Of a stretch of DNA of 64,000 bases, positions 46,001 through 57,560 are shown one piece after another (position 1 is the first letter of the stretch; each line of letters opens with the position of its first letter). The DNA lies in the NCBI GenBank assembly GCA_002269645.1, contig NIVC01001718.1:33107-97106 (forward strand), given 5' to 3'. A model generated the notes under the pieces. The model was given only the letters and a program-made list of their open reading frames with translations. It was not told where the DNA came from and searched no databases. This DNA comes from Macrostomum lignano. Lineage: Eukaryota. A program made the translations under genes and the position numbers.

Positions 46001-48703
46001 AGCAATATAGTTTACACCTGAAGCAATATAGCTTACACCTGAAGCAATATAGTTTACACCTGAAGCAATATAGCTTACACCTGAAGCAATATAGCTTACA
46101 CCTGAAGCAATATAGCCTACACCTGAAGCAATATAGCTTACACCTGAAGCAATATGAAGCAATATAGCTTACACCTGAAGCAATATAGCTTACACCCTCC
46201 GAAATTTTGATTTACAATACACAAAAAAGATTAACATATTTTTCAGCCCAACAAATCAAGCTCGAATTCGAGATCGAATCCACAGTGGAAAAGAAGCATC
46301 AGAAAAAGGTTTGGCTTAGCTCGTAAAACTTTTTGAATAAGACAGTTTTTGAATAGCAAAGAAAATTCTCGAATTTATTAATTTCCAGGTGAATTTGCCC
46401 AAGTTGTGGCGCCAGTGGAAGACGCGACAGCCGTCCACCGAAGAGAATATCTACATCCACGATCCGCCAGGTACGGACAAACTACTTGTATGAGTAGAAA
46501 TGCTTTAATTTGAATGCTACGATGGGTAGCTACCACCATTATATGGTAACGCATCAATGCCAGACAGCTTCGTGCAACGTCAACTTAAGCTCATAAAGTG
46601 GAGTACCTAATTATGCCCTTGGTTTTTATCCCCTATCCCAAGTCTAATTTTTGTCACTTTTTGCCAAACCCAGCTTCCTGGTGTCACTTTGAACAGAATG
46701 ACATATAATTTGTGTACATTGGTTACTCGGGCTCCACTTTATGAGCTTAAGTTGACATGCCCTTTCATTAATAGTCCATGAGTCCGTGAAAAACACCCAC
46801 CCCATAAACACCCACCCCAAAAACAACCACCCCAAAAACACCCACCCAAAAACACCCACCCCAAAAACACCCGCCCCAAAAACACCCACCCCAAAAACAC
46901 CCACCCCAAAAACACCCACACCAAAAACACCCACCAAAAAACACCCACCCCAAAAACACTCACCCCAAAAACACCCACCCCAAAAACACTCACCCCAAAA
47001 ACACCCACCCCAAAAACACCCACCCCAAAAACACTCACCCCAAAAACACCCCCAAAAACACCCACCTCAAAAACACCCACCCCAAAAACACTCACCCCAA
47101 AAACACCCACCCCAAAAACACCCACCCCAAAAACACTCACCCCAAAAACACCCACCCCAAAAACACCCACCCCAAAAACGCTCACCGCAAAAACATCCAC
47201 CCCAAAAACGCTCACCGCAAAAACATCCACCCCAAAAACGCTCACCGCAAAACAACCCAAAAACATTCACTCGCATCTAAAATGTTTCAGGCCACGCATG
47301 CGGCCTGCCCTGCTGCAGCTTGGACTCGACCACCGCTGCCGAAATTCGTCGCTTCCTAGCTGCGGAGACAGCGGCCTTGCATGCAGCCGGAGGTGGTCAC
47401 CGTTTGGCAGCAGATGTCGGCGCGTTCTATCTCCCAGTGACGCATGGGCACCAGCGCTCCACCGGCGCTGTCGCCGAAGGCGCCGCAACGAAGCAGCGCG
47501 GCAAGGTAACTCGGCGCGTTAATTACGTCGACTCCGTGCGCGTTGTTCAGTCGGTCGGAAACGGCGCCGGCGCCGCCACCAGCGTCGGCGTCATCGATGA
47601 GGCTCAGCCGTACAATTCGCGGATCGCCTTTCAGCCCAGGCAGAAGCGAATCTTCGGCCCGGCCACCGCGTCCGAAACTGAGCCCGGCACCCTGCTGTTT
47701 TCCAGGCCTAACCTTGCAGGTAACTTTGATGCCTCCCCTAGCAACCATCACAGCTTCCCTAGCAACCATGACAGCCTCCTCTAACAACCATCACAACCTC
47801 TCCTAGCAACCACCCAGCTTCCCCTAGCAACCAACTCAGTTTCCCTAGCAACCGTCACGGGCTATCCTACTAACCAACAACAGTCTACCCTAGCAACAAC
47901 CTTAGCTTCCCCTAGCAACCACTTTAGCTTCCCTAGCAACCACCTCTGTTACCCGTAGCAATCACCGCAGCCTCCTCTAGCAACCGTCGCAGGGCTATCC
48001 TAGTAACCAACGCAGCCTACCCTAGCAACAAACTTAGCTTACCCTAGCTAGCAACGTCGGCAACTTCTATTAGCAACCATCGCAGCTTTTCTAGAAGCCA
48101 CATCACCCGCAACGCTGCGCAGGCCTGCGCCAGTTCGCAACGCCGGCTGACCCAGCGGAGGCCTTGATCGACCAGCTCCGAGTTCGTCAGGCCATCTGTG
48201 GGGTCGGAATGTCAACCCGGCCCGACGGCGTCGGCGGCGTCGGGCACAACGACGACGACAGTCTGGACGTACCGTTGCACTGGTTCGACCCGCCACAGCC
48301 CGCCGCTGCAGCCGCCATGGCCTCCTCCCGCTACCGGCGGAAGCGCGGCTCCTGGGTGCTGGGCTGCGACGAGCCCTCAGACCACTACAGCGAGGCCGAA
48401 TTTCACGACTGCTGCGAGACTCCGCAGTGGCTCAAGCACACGTCGCCGCGGCTTCGACAACTGGAGGCAGCGGCGGCGGCCAAGGGTTCGCCGACGAGTT
48501 CCTTCGAGCCCGAGGAGGTCGAGTTCGACTGCCCGCCGGAGATTCTGAACTCGCTGTACAGATCCGCCGGTTCCGGGGTGGTCCGACTTCGATCCCACGC
48601 AGACTGCGACTCCGATGTGGACGCGCTTTCGCAAAGTTGCTATGACAACCCGGCTTGCGACGAGTCTGCTGAGCCGCCACTACCTGCAACTCTCATTCTG
48701 TAG
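43088..48703 (+). CDS. Uncharacterised single-pass membrane protein with a very short ectodomain, a juxtamembrane Cys cluster and a long cytoplasmic tail, about 483 aa, 6 exons
   Basis: Exons are 43088-43254 (AG|gtgagc), 44673-44845 (alternative donor 44836), micro-exon 45272-45291, 46389-46470, 47291-47719 and 48123-48703. The phases chain 2-1-0-1-1 and total 1452 nt. TM IILPACGGAVGLAALLFAIGLL is followed by CHRLARCCSCCS. An upstream coding exon cannot be excluded because there is an acceptor at 43058. Confidence 0.6.
43290..43592 (+). mobile_element. Full-length tRNA-derived CORE-like SINE
   Basis: A-box tctagtggtcagagc at about 43309, B-box gttcgattcc at 43351-43360, central ccttgagcaagacactttaccctctctg...cagtt...ctgtaaaatggg (43386-43447), and an attattatgatta tail. 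Confidence 0.85.
44290..44635. repeat. 16-bp minisatellite (gacattgagacacaat)
   Basis: Directly visible. Confidence 0.9.
44913..45255. repeat. (CTGTT)n microsatellite
   Basis: Directly visible. It ends just before the candidate micro-exon acceptor. Confidence 0.97.
45665..46195. repeat. 21-bp minisatellite (tttacacctgaagcaatatag)
   Basis: Directly visible. Confidence 0.95.
46790..47265. repeat. 15-bp minisatellite (caccccaaaaacacc)
   Basis: Directly visible. Confidence 0.93.
47735..48095. repeat. Degenerate array built on ctagcaacc
   Basis: Recurrent motif filling the last intron of the membrane-protein gene. Confidence 0.75.
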
Positions 48704-48729
48704 ACTATCGGAGCAATTACATCCTTCAA

Positions 48730-49700
48730 TCCCTCACTCACCCACCCCACTCTCCGTCCCTTTCAGACCCTCACTCACCCACCCCACTCCCCACCTCTCG
48801 CAGACCCTCACTCACCCACTCCACTCCTTGCCTCGTGCAGACCCTCACTCACCCACCCCACTCCTCGCCTCTCCCAGACCCTCACTGACCCACCCCACTC
48901 TCCGTTCCTTTCAGACCCTCACTCACCCACCCCACTCTCCGTCCCTTTCAGACCCTCACTCACCCACCCCACTCCTCGCCTCTCCCAGACCCTCACTCAC
49001 CCACCCCACTCTCCGTTCCTTTCAGACCCTCACTCACCCACCCCACTCTCCGTCCCTTTCAGACCCTCACTCACCCACCCCACTCCCCACCTCTCGCAGA
49101 CCCTCACTCACCCACTTCTCTCCTTGCCTCGCGCAGACCCTTACTCACCCACCCCACTCCCCACCTCTCGCAGACCCTCACTCACCCACTTCTCTCTTTG
49201 CCTCGCGCAGACCCTTACTCACCCACCCCACTCTCCGCCTCTCGCAGACCCTTACTCACCCACTCCACTCCTTGCCTCGCGCAGACCCTTACTCACCCAC
49301 CCCACTCTCCGCCTCTCGCAGACCCTTACTCACCCACTCCACTCCTTGCCTCGCGCAGACCCTTACTCACCCACCCCACTCTCCGCCTCTCGCAGACCCT
49401 CACTCACCCACCCCACTCCTCGCCTCTCCCAGACCCTCTCTCACCCATCCCACTCTCCGTTCCTTTCAGACCCTCACTCACCCACCCCACTCTCCGTCCC
49501 TTTCAGACCCTCACTCACCCACCCCACTCCCCACCTCTCGCAGACCCTCACTCACCCACTTCTCTCTTTGCCTCGCGCAGACCCTTACTCACCCACCCCA
49601 CTCCTCGCCTCTCCCAGACCCTCACTCACCCACCCCACTCCTCGCCTCTCCCAGACCCTCACTCACCCACCCCACTCTCCGTTCCTTTCAGACCCTCACT
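48730..49700. repeat. About 37-bp C-rich minisatellite (cagaccctcactcacccaccccactc...)
   Basis: Directly visible. Confidence 0.93.
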
Positions 49701-50682
49701 AACCATGCTATATTTATCGGATTTACTTGACACAAAAGCACAATTTCGTATTTTATGGTTACGCCCTGAGCACCAAGAAGCTAAGTTGCGCCCTGAAGAA
49801 CGGCAGATAACAAATATTTTTATCCAATTACTGGAGAAATATTATCATAAAAAATCCTTGCTGAATGCTTGAACAATGGCGCAATTGCATTGCCTGTTAT
49901 CACACACAGGATGCAGATACATCAACGGCAATCAATTATCCGTAGGTCAGTCGGCAGGAGCCGCAATCTACTGCGGGAAAAGAATCGGGAAAGCAAGAAG
50001 ATTAAGATCAGTAGCCGGCTGCCAGAAAAGAACCATGCAGAATAGAATTGATTCAACCCGATCCTCTCATCGAATGGTTTGTTTGTTAGCGTAATTTCTC
50101 CCTACAAAATGCTAGCAAGAAAGATGGTAAGCGCCGAAGCAAGCCTGCCTATAGCATTTTTGTTTTACTACCAACACAGGGAACTGGTTTGCTATTTTCG
50201 CTTTAAAAATCAGCAGAAAAAAATAGGAAGGAATGCCGGTTGTTAACCGTTCAAGACGACGTTTTTTGTTAGAAATTTTTTTCTTCCGAGATTCCGACTG
50301 TTTGTTCGGCGGCGGCAGCTGGGTCTGACAGTCACGCAACCGCGGGGTGCACTTTGCCAATGGAATTATTGGCTTAGCGGGTTTAAGATGTAGGGTAACA
50401 GCGGAACTGGGGGGTGGGGGTGAATGGGCGGATCCTCTCGTGGAATTTTAGCCTTGGGGTCGAAAATTATTCGGTGCCCGTCTGTCCCAGTCTCAGAGAT
50501 CTGGCCAACAACATTTTGCACTCTGCGGTTTGAACTGTCTGAATCTGTGCAGCCGGAGGGGCCGCTCTGGGATCCGAACTGGGGGTTTGGGGTGTTTTAG
50601 TAATAATGCTATTCTACTCCTGTACCTAAATTGGTTTGCAATCACAACTAGATATTTAGAAGGGCTATAGATTTTTTTCAGA

Positions 50683-51700
50683 GTGGGACTCCAATGGGAT
50701 CAGAGTGGGACTCCAATGGGATCAGAGTGGGACTCCAATGGGATCAGAGTGGGACTCCAATGGGATCAGAGTGGGACTCCAATGGGATCAGAGTGGGACT
50801 CCAATGGGATCAGAGTGGGACTCCAATGGGATCAGGATCAGAGTGGGACTCCAATTGAATCAGCTGGTGGGACTCCAATCGGATCAGAGTGGGACTCCGA
50901 TGGGATCAGAGTGGGACTCCAACGGGATCAGAGTGGGACTCCAATGGGATCAGGATCAGAGTGGGACTCCAATGGGATCAGGATCAGAGTGGGACTCCAA
51001 TGGGGGGTCAGAGTGGGACTCCGATGGGACCAGAGTGGGACCCCAATGGGATCAGAGTGGGACTCCGATGGGGGTCAGAGTGGGACTCCGATGGGGGTCA
51101 GAGTGGGACTCCAATGGGATCAGGATCAGAGTGGGACTCCAATGAAGGTTCAAAGTGGGACTCCGATGGGATCAGAGTGGGACCCAAATGGGATCAGAGT
51201 GGGACTCCGATGGGGGTCAGAGTGGGATTCCAATTGGATCAGCTGGTGGGACTCCAATGGGATCAGAGTGGGACTCCAATGGGGGTCAGAGTGGGATTCC
51301 AATTGGATCAGCTGGTGGGACTCCAATGGGATCAGAGTGGGACTCCAATGGGGTCAGAGTGGGACTCCAATGGGATCAGAGTGGGACTCCAATGGGGTCA
51401 GAGTGGGACTCCAATGGGGTCAGAGTGGGACTCCGAAGGGATCAGAGTGGGACTCCAATGGGGTCAGAGTGGGACTCCAATGGGGTCAGAGTGGGACTCC
51501 AATGGGATCAGAGTGGGACTCCAATGGGGTCAGAGTGGGACTCCGAAGGGATCAGAGTGGGACTCCAATGGGGTCAGAGTGGGACTCCAATGGGGTCAGA
51601 GTGGGACTCCAATGGGGTCAGAGTGGGACTCCAATGGGGTCAGAGTGGGACTCCAATGGGATCAGAGTGGGACTCCAATGGGGGGGGTCAGAGTGGGACA
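50683..51700. repeat. 22-bp minisatellite (gagtgggactccaatgggatca)
   Basis: Directly visible. Confidence 0.95.
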
Positions 51701-51906
51701 TAGGTAAATCACAGCATTGATACACGGGCCATAAAGAACCAATGCATAAAATAGTGAGCAGGATAGCAGCAAAGTTAATAAATGACTCCAGCCAATAGGA
51801 AACCGCGTGATATTTAAGAACGTTTTACATTGGTGATTCTCAACTTGATCAGCTTGATAGCTGAATTATCCACTTGACTGAGCAAAGCAGTGCGGTATAT
51901 CAGCTG

Positions 51907-53298
51907 TCAAAATCGGCCACCCCTGAGTCCCGTCCCAGCAGCAGTCGCTAGTCCGGCCTCGTCTACTGAGCAGGTGCTGGAAGGGCTGCCGCCGCCGCAC
52001 CAGTAGGACAGACTTCTCAAGTAGCGACCTCCTGGAGCCTTCGGTCGCTGCTGCAGCTGCTGATGCGGCGGCGGTGGCGGCGGCGGTGGCGGTGTTGGTG
52101 GTGGCAGAAATGGCGAAGGAGGCCAAATGGAGGCGGCCTCTGCTGCTCCACAAGGAAACGTGGCCGAACGGGTGACCCAGTGCTGACCCAAAGGGTTAGT
52201 TTGAGCTGCTGCTGGGTAACATGGCTGCTCTAGGTTCTGGTAATGCTGCTGTTTCTGCTGCTGCTGTTGCTGTTGCTGCTGCTGCGTCTTTTGGTAGCCA
52301 TTGGTCGATTTGGCAGAGCCATCGATACTGCTGGAGCACAGCCTTGAATGAGATTCGAATTCGTGAGATTTATTTTCTAGAACGTGGACACTAACGTGGA
52401 CACTAACGTGGACACTAACGTGGACACTAACGTGGACACTAACGTGGACACTAACGTGGACACTAACGTGGACACTAACGTGGACACTAACGTGGACACT
52501 AACGTGGACACTAACGTGGACACTAACGTGGACACTAACGTGGACACTAACGTGGACACTAACGTGGACACTAACGTGGACACTAACGTGGACACTAACG
52601 TGGACACTAACGTGGACACTAACGTGGACACTAACGTGGACACTAACGTGGACACTAACGTGGACACTAACGTGGACACTAACGTGGACACTAACGTGGA
52701 CACTAACGTGGACACTAACGTGGACACTAACGTGGACACTAACGTGGACACTAACGTGGACACTAACGTGGACACTAACGTGGACACTAACGTGGACACT
52801 AACGTGGACACTAACGTGGACACTAACGTGGACACCAGCTGCCCGTGGTCGCCAGGGGTTCGAGGAATGGGCGGCAACGCCTCCCCGCTGTATGCCCTGA
52901 ACCCCCTGCTGATTCAAGTAAGTGAAAAAATGGATAATCAGAAAGACTTGGCACCTGACGGCTGACTGCCGCTGCTGCCGTTGCTGATGTGGCCACTGAG
53001 CCATCCACAGCGAGTCCTCAGCCGCTGCTTCATCCGCTCTGCCAGCCGTAGTTCGCTGCCACTCGAGCAGCAGACGGAAGCAGCAACAGCCACCTCCTCC
53101 ACTGTCGCCGTCGGAGTCAACTCGCCAGCGCAGTCGGCGCCGCAACGGTGCCAGAGCCCGCAACAGGCGCAACAGCAGCGGCGGCAGCAGCGACGCTAAA
53201 CGGCGCTGACGGCGTCGGCGTCGGCGTCGCTCGCGGCGAAGCCGATGGGCACGAAGCAGAAGGCGACGCCAGCTGCCCGGTACCGACGGTGCAACCAT
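51907..53298 (-). CDS. Uncharacterised low-complexity protein (Arg-rich N-terminus, poly-Q and poly-P C-terminus) interrupted by a 12-bp array
   Basis: ATG in cccatcATGG at 53298. The frame stays open to 51907 with coding-like GC content and poly-Q, HYQNL and poly-P segments. The splicing pattern around 52377-52960 is ambiguous. Confidence 0.45.
   Translation of the reverse strand: MVAPSVPGSWRRLLLRAHRLRRERRRRRRRQRRLASLLPPLLLRLLRALAPLRRRLRWRVDSDGDSGGGGCCCFRLLLEWQRTTAGRADEAAAEDSLWMAQWPHQQRQQRQSAVRCQVFLIIHFFTYLNQQGVQGIQRGGVAAHSSNPWRPRAAGVHVSVHVSVHVSVHVSVHVSVHVSVHVSVHVSVHVSVHVSVHVSVHVSVHVSVHVSVHVSVHVSVHVSVHVSVHVSVHVSVHVSVHVSVHVSVHVSVHVSVHVSVHVSVHVSVHVSVHVSVHVSVHVSVHVSVHVSVHVSVHVSVHVSVHVLENKSHEFESHSRLCSSSIDGSAKSTNGYQKTQQQQQQQQQQKQQHYQNLEQPCYPAAAQTNPLGQHWVTRSATFPCGAAEAASIWPPSPFLPPPTPPPPPPPPPHQQLQQRPKAPGGRYLRSLSYWCGGGSPSSTCSVDEAGLATAAGTGLRGGRF
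52381..52835. repeat. Perfect 12-bp array (aacgtggacact), about 38 units
   Basis: Directly visible, with no variant units seen. Confidence 0.98.
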
Positions 53299-53936
53299 GA
53301 TGGGGCGTGTTTGGCTTTCCTTTAGTCTGACTGGCAATGCCTTCCCCTGCTGGAAGCCGCTACTTTTGGGCAGATCGAGAATCAGGGGTCATCCGGGTCA
53401 TTGGGTCTCACTGATTGGCCGGGGCTAAGTCTCTCTCCAGACGGATTATTCTAGACTGAATTAGTCTATGGCAAGGCTCTGTTAAATGGCATATAAAAGG
53501 AAACTCTTTGAGAAATCCGTTTGGAGTATCACCTGTCCTTATATTTAAAAAAACAAAACAATCAGACAAACACACGAAAACATTTTTGCCTCATTTGCAG
53601 TTCGAAAGCTCAGAAGGTACGTTATTAATGAGCAAATTTAGTGCAAGAAAACTTTTTAGAAATATCTGAATTTCTTACCAAAAGTTTGACAGACAGACTT
53701 GGCAGAAAGTTTAAAGTTCCCGAGTGCGAGTGCAGCCTCCTTATAGTTTTCGCTTTCACTGCGATTAACATTTTCAAATTCCGCTGACAAAATTCTTTTG
53801 TGTGCTACTATCGACCTATTAAAACAGTAGTTTGTAAGCGTCAATTTTTTATAAATTTATCTATAAAACTTGTAATTTCTGTATGAGAATTAAGAGACTG
53901 TTTTAAAAAATTTTGGAATACATAATTCCCCTTTTC

Positions 53937-54315
<379 letters not shown>

Positions 54316-55000
54316 CGTGGCGCGAGAATCGGACGCGTTTTCAGCTGAGCTGCTTTGGAATTCAGAAATGAAAACAGCAATAGTTGATGTTTGTGAAGTC
54401 AGTATTGAAGCATACCATTGCTAGCACAATTTTTAAATGATCAAGAAGCCAGAAGTGGAATGTAAGCTCATATTTGAAGTTTTCGTGCCTCAAAAGCTGA
54501 AAATGTTTATCCCATTTTCATTTGCAAATGCATTTTATTGCCAAACTCAACCAATAAGAAATATCTTGCTAAAATTTACTATATGAAGAAGTCCTTAACC
54601 AATTTGGAAAATTATTTTAATCAGCATGCAGTGCATAATGTTGGCAATAAAAACGAATTACGAATTAATATCGAGTCCTTTAAATCACCTTATAAATGCT
54701 GTTTGGTCGGCAATTACTACTATCAGCGCCGATTATCCCGAGTCGTCAAAGCAACAATTATTTCCGAATCGGAATTGAGGAAAAATTGATTTTAAGAGTA
54801 AAGATTGGCAACAGCCGTAATTATAAGTGTGATTAAGCTATGCCCCTGGAGTAAGTCCCCTGGAGCAGGTGGCGACACCGCTCTGTCTCTCTCTCTTTGA
54901 TCTATGTGGGAGCCCCAGAAACCCATTCGGGAAGAATTGCGCAGTCAGAACAGAGTAAATTCTCCCAAATAGCTTTCCTGTGATGATTAACCTGCCCCGT

Positions 55001-55057
55001 AATTGGCCAATTGGTCCGCCCGCCAGCCGCGCCTCCACTCGCACCAAAGTCTATATA
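55001..55057 (+). promoter_or_regulatory. Core promoter of the knottin-like gene
   Basis: Palindromic double CCAAT (aattggccaatt, 55001-55012), a GC box (ccgccc, about 55016-55021) and TATATA at 55052-55057, about 110 nt before the ATG. Confidence 0.55.
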
Positions 55058-55162
55058 GGCGATCGATGCTCCATCGATGTAGTTCTCGAACTCAACTCGC
55101 CAGAATCCAAATCCGCCTATCGATACGATACTGCACTAAAGCTCAAGACCAATATCTGGACA

Positions 55163-55432
55163 ATGCCGAACTCGAGCAAGACCTTCCTGCTGCTACTGCT
55201 GGTTGTCGCTTTCGTTGCCGCCGCCGATTCGGCCGCGGATTCGAGCCGCTGCCACTGGGGCATCGGCTGGCAGGCGCCGTGCAAGCGCAACTCCGATTGC
55301 TGCGGCGGGAACGTCTGCTTCTGGAGGCGCGGCAGCCCCACCGGCTATTGCTGCTGCAGCCTGCCGAACAGCGCCGGGATGCTGTACCCGCGACCGCCAA
55401 AGCCGCAGCCAGAAGTCCCTCAGGGCTTCTAG
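55163..55432 (+). CDS. Secreted cysteine-rich peptide precursor, inhibitor-cystine-knot (knottin/toxin)-like, 89 aa, single exon
   Basis: MPNSSKTFLLLLLVVAFVAAA is a signal-peptide-like leader. The mature part CHWGIGWQAPCKRNSDCCGGNVCFWRRGSPTGYCCC has the pattern C-X9-C-X5-CC-X4-C-X10-CCC, followed by a Pro-rich tail. It is a GC-rich island with TATA upstream and AATAAA downstream. Confidence 0.8.
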   Translation: MPNSSKTFLLLLLVVAFVAAADSAADSSRCHWGIGWQAPCKRNSDCCGGNVCFWRRGSPTGYCCCSLPNSAGMLYPRPPKPQPEVPQGF

Positions 55433-55577
55433 GAAGACGCTGAAAGCTGCCTGTTAATCGAGCCGACGATATTCCTGACTTGCAACGACCTAACAAAGTC
55501 CCACATGAACTTTTTTCCCGGAAAATTATCATTACGCTCGTAAAAAATGGCGTCAACTTTGTGTCAACTAAAATTGA

Positions 55578-55583
55578 AATAAA
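55578..55583 (+). terminator. Polyadenylation signal candidate of the knottin-like gene
   Basis: AATAAA about 145 nt after the stop, with a second copy at about 55602. Confidence 0.5.
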
Positions 55584-55857
55584 ACCGGAAATTCAAAGTA
55601 AAATAAAAATATAAGCGCGGGATATGCATCCAGCCCCGGCTCCCCACTCTTAAAATTTAAAACAGCATTTATTGGGCGGTGTTGGTTGCAGTTCTTGCTT
55701 CTTTTCTCCTGTTCAAATGAACATCTTTGAAAGAGGCGAATTACCAAGCAGCGATTCGTAATTACATATTACATATACATATTGTTTAGTAGCGAGTATG
55801 TACCATACTATTTATACTGTACATGCAGTGGCGCGTAGCTAACGTCAAACAATCATT

Positions 55858-57070
55858 GGTGCTGGCGCCCCTTGGTGCTAAAGCCCCTTGGTGCTGGCGC
55901 CCCTTGGTGCTGGCGCCCTTGGTGCTAAAGCCCCTTGGTGCTAAAGCCCTTGGTGCTAAAGCCCCTTGGTGCTAAAGCCCCTTGGTGCTAAAGCCCCTTG
56001 GTGCTAAAGCCCCTTGGTGCTAAAGCCCCTTGGTGCTAAAGCCCCTTGGTGCTAAAGCCCCTTGGTGCTAAAGCCCCTTGGTGCTAAAGCCCCTTGGTGC
56101 TAAAGCCCCTTGGTGCTAAAGCCCTTGGTGCTAAAGCCCCTTGGTGCTAAAGCCCCTTGGTGCTAAAGCCCCTTGGTGCTAAAGCCCCTTGGTGCTAAAG
56201 CCCCTTGGTGCTAAAGCCCCTTGGTGCTAAAGCCCCTTGGTGCTAAAGCCCCTTGGTGCTAAAGCCCCTTGGTGCTAAAGCCCCTTGGTGCTAAAGCCCC
56301 TTGGTGCTAAAGCCCTTGGTGCTAAAGCCCTTGGTGCTAAAGCCCTTGGTGCTAAAGCCCCTTGGTGCTAAAGCCCTTGGTGCTAAAGCCCCTTGGTGCT
56401 AAAGCCCCTTGGTGCTAAAGCCCCTTGGTGCTAAAGCCCCTTGGTGCTAAAGCCCCTTGGTGCTAAAGCCCCTTGGTGCTAAAGCCCCTTGGTGCTAAAG
56501 CCCCTTGGTGCTAAAGCCCCTTGGTGCTAAAGCCCCTTGGTGCTAAAGCCCCTTGGTGCTAAAGCCCCTTGGTGCTAAAGCCCCTTGGTGCTAAAGCCCC
56601 TTGGTGCTAAAGCCCCTTGGTGCTAAAGCCCCTTGGTGCTAAAGCCCCTTGGTGCTAAAGCCCCTTGGTGCTAAAGCCCCTTGGTGCTAAAGCCCCTTGG
56701 TGCTAAAGCCCCTTGGTGCTAAAGCCCCTTGGTGCTAAAGCCCTTGGTGCTAAAGCCCCTTGGTGCTAAAGCCCCTTGGTGCTAAAGCCCCTTGGTGCTA
56801 AAGCCCCTTGGTGCTAAAGCCCCTTGGTGCTAAAGCCCCTTGGTGCTAAAGCCCCTTGGTGCTAAAGCCCCTTGGTGCTAAAGCCCCTTGGTGCTAAAGC
56901 CCTTGGTGCTAAAGCCCCTTGGTGCTAAAGCCCTTGGTGCTAAAGCCCCTTGGTGCTAAAGCGCCTTGGTGCTAAATCCCCTTGGTGCTAAAGCCCCTTG
57001 GTGCTAAATCCCCTTGGTGCTAAAGCCCTTGGTGCTAAAGCCCCTTGGTGCTAAAGCCCCTTGGTGCTGG
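55858..57070 (+). repeat. 16-bp satellite (ggtgctaaagcccctt), about 76 units
   Basis: Directly visible, with occasional 15-bp units. Confidence 0.98.
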
Positions 57071-57360
57071 AAATCGATACTGTCACCCGTGACAATCAAC
57101 TTGTGGAGCATTTTGAGTGTGCAACGAAATGCTGTGAAACTATATGCAATACTTGCTTGAACAAATTATTATTGTGTCAGGGTGAAAGTAAGTGTATGTT
57201 ATACAATGGGATGTTAATAATACCGTATCCAGGACACACACGCACACTGCCACACAAGAGCTGATGGCGGACATCTCGTTCTGGAAAGCACCGGAATGCA
57301 GCGATGGGAGTAGCACCACACAGCTTCTCCCTTGGTGAGGATGCAGCCACTCTAAAACAC

Positions 57361-57560
57361 GATTGAGCATGTCTCATAGATGATGATCAATCTCAAACAA
57401 GATTGAGCATGTCTCATAGATGACGATCAATCTCAAATAGGATTGAGCATGTCTCATAGATGACGATCAATCTCAAACAGGATTGAGCTTGTCTCACAGA
57501 TTACGATCAATCTCAAACAGGATTGAGCATGTCTCACAGATGACAATCAATCTCAAACAG
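57361..57560. repeat. Five 40-bp tandem units (gattgagcatgtctcatagatgacgatcaatctcaaacag)
   Basis: Units start at 57361, 57401, 57441, 57481 and 57521. Confidence 0.93.

Noticed and set aside
48615-51720. Long ORFs such as 48615-49730 and 50683-51720
   Set aside because: These are translations of the 37-bp and 22-bp arrays, with no splice or start support.
52384-52965. (VDTN)n ORF resembling an antifreeze or ice-binding repeat protein
   Set aside because: It begins inside the array at a GTG, has no plus-strand gene context, and lies antisense to a more plausible gene.
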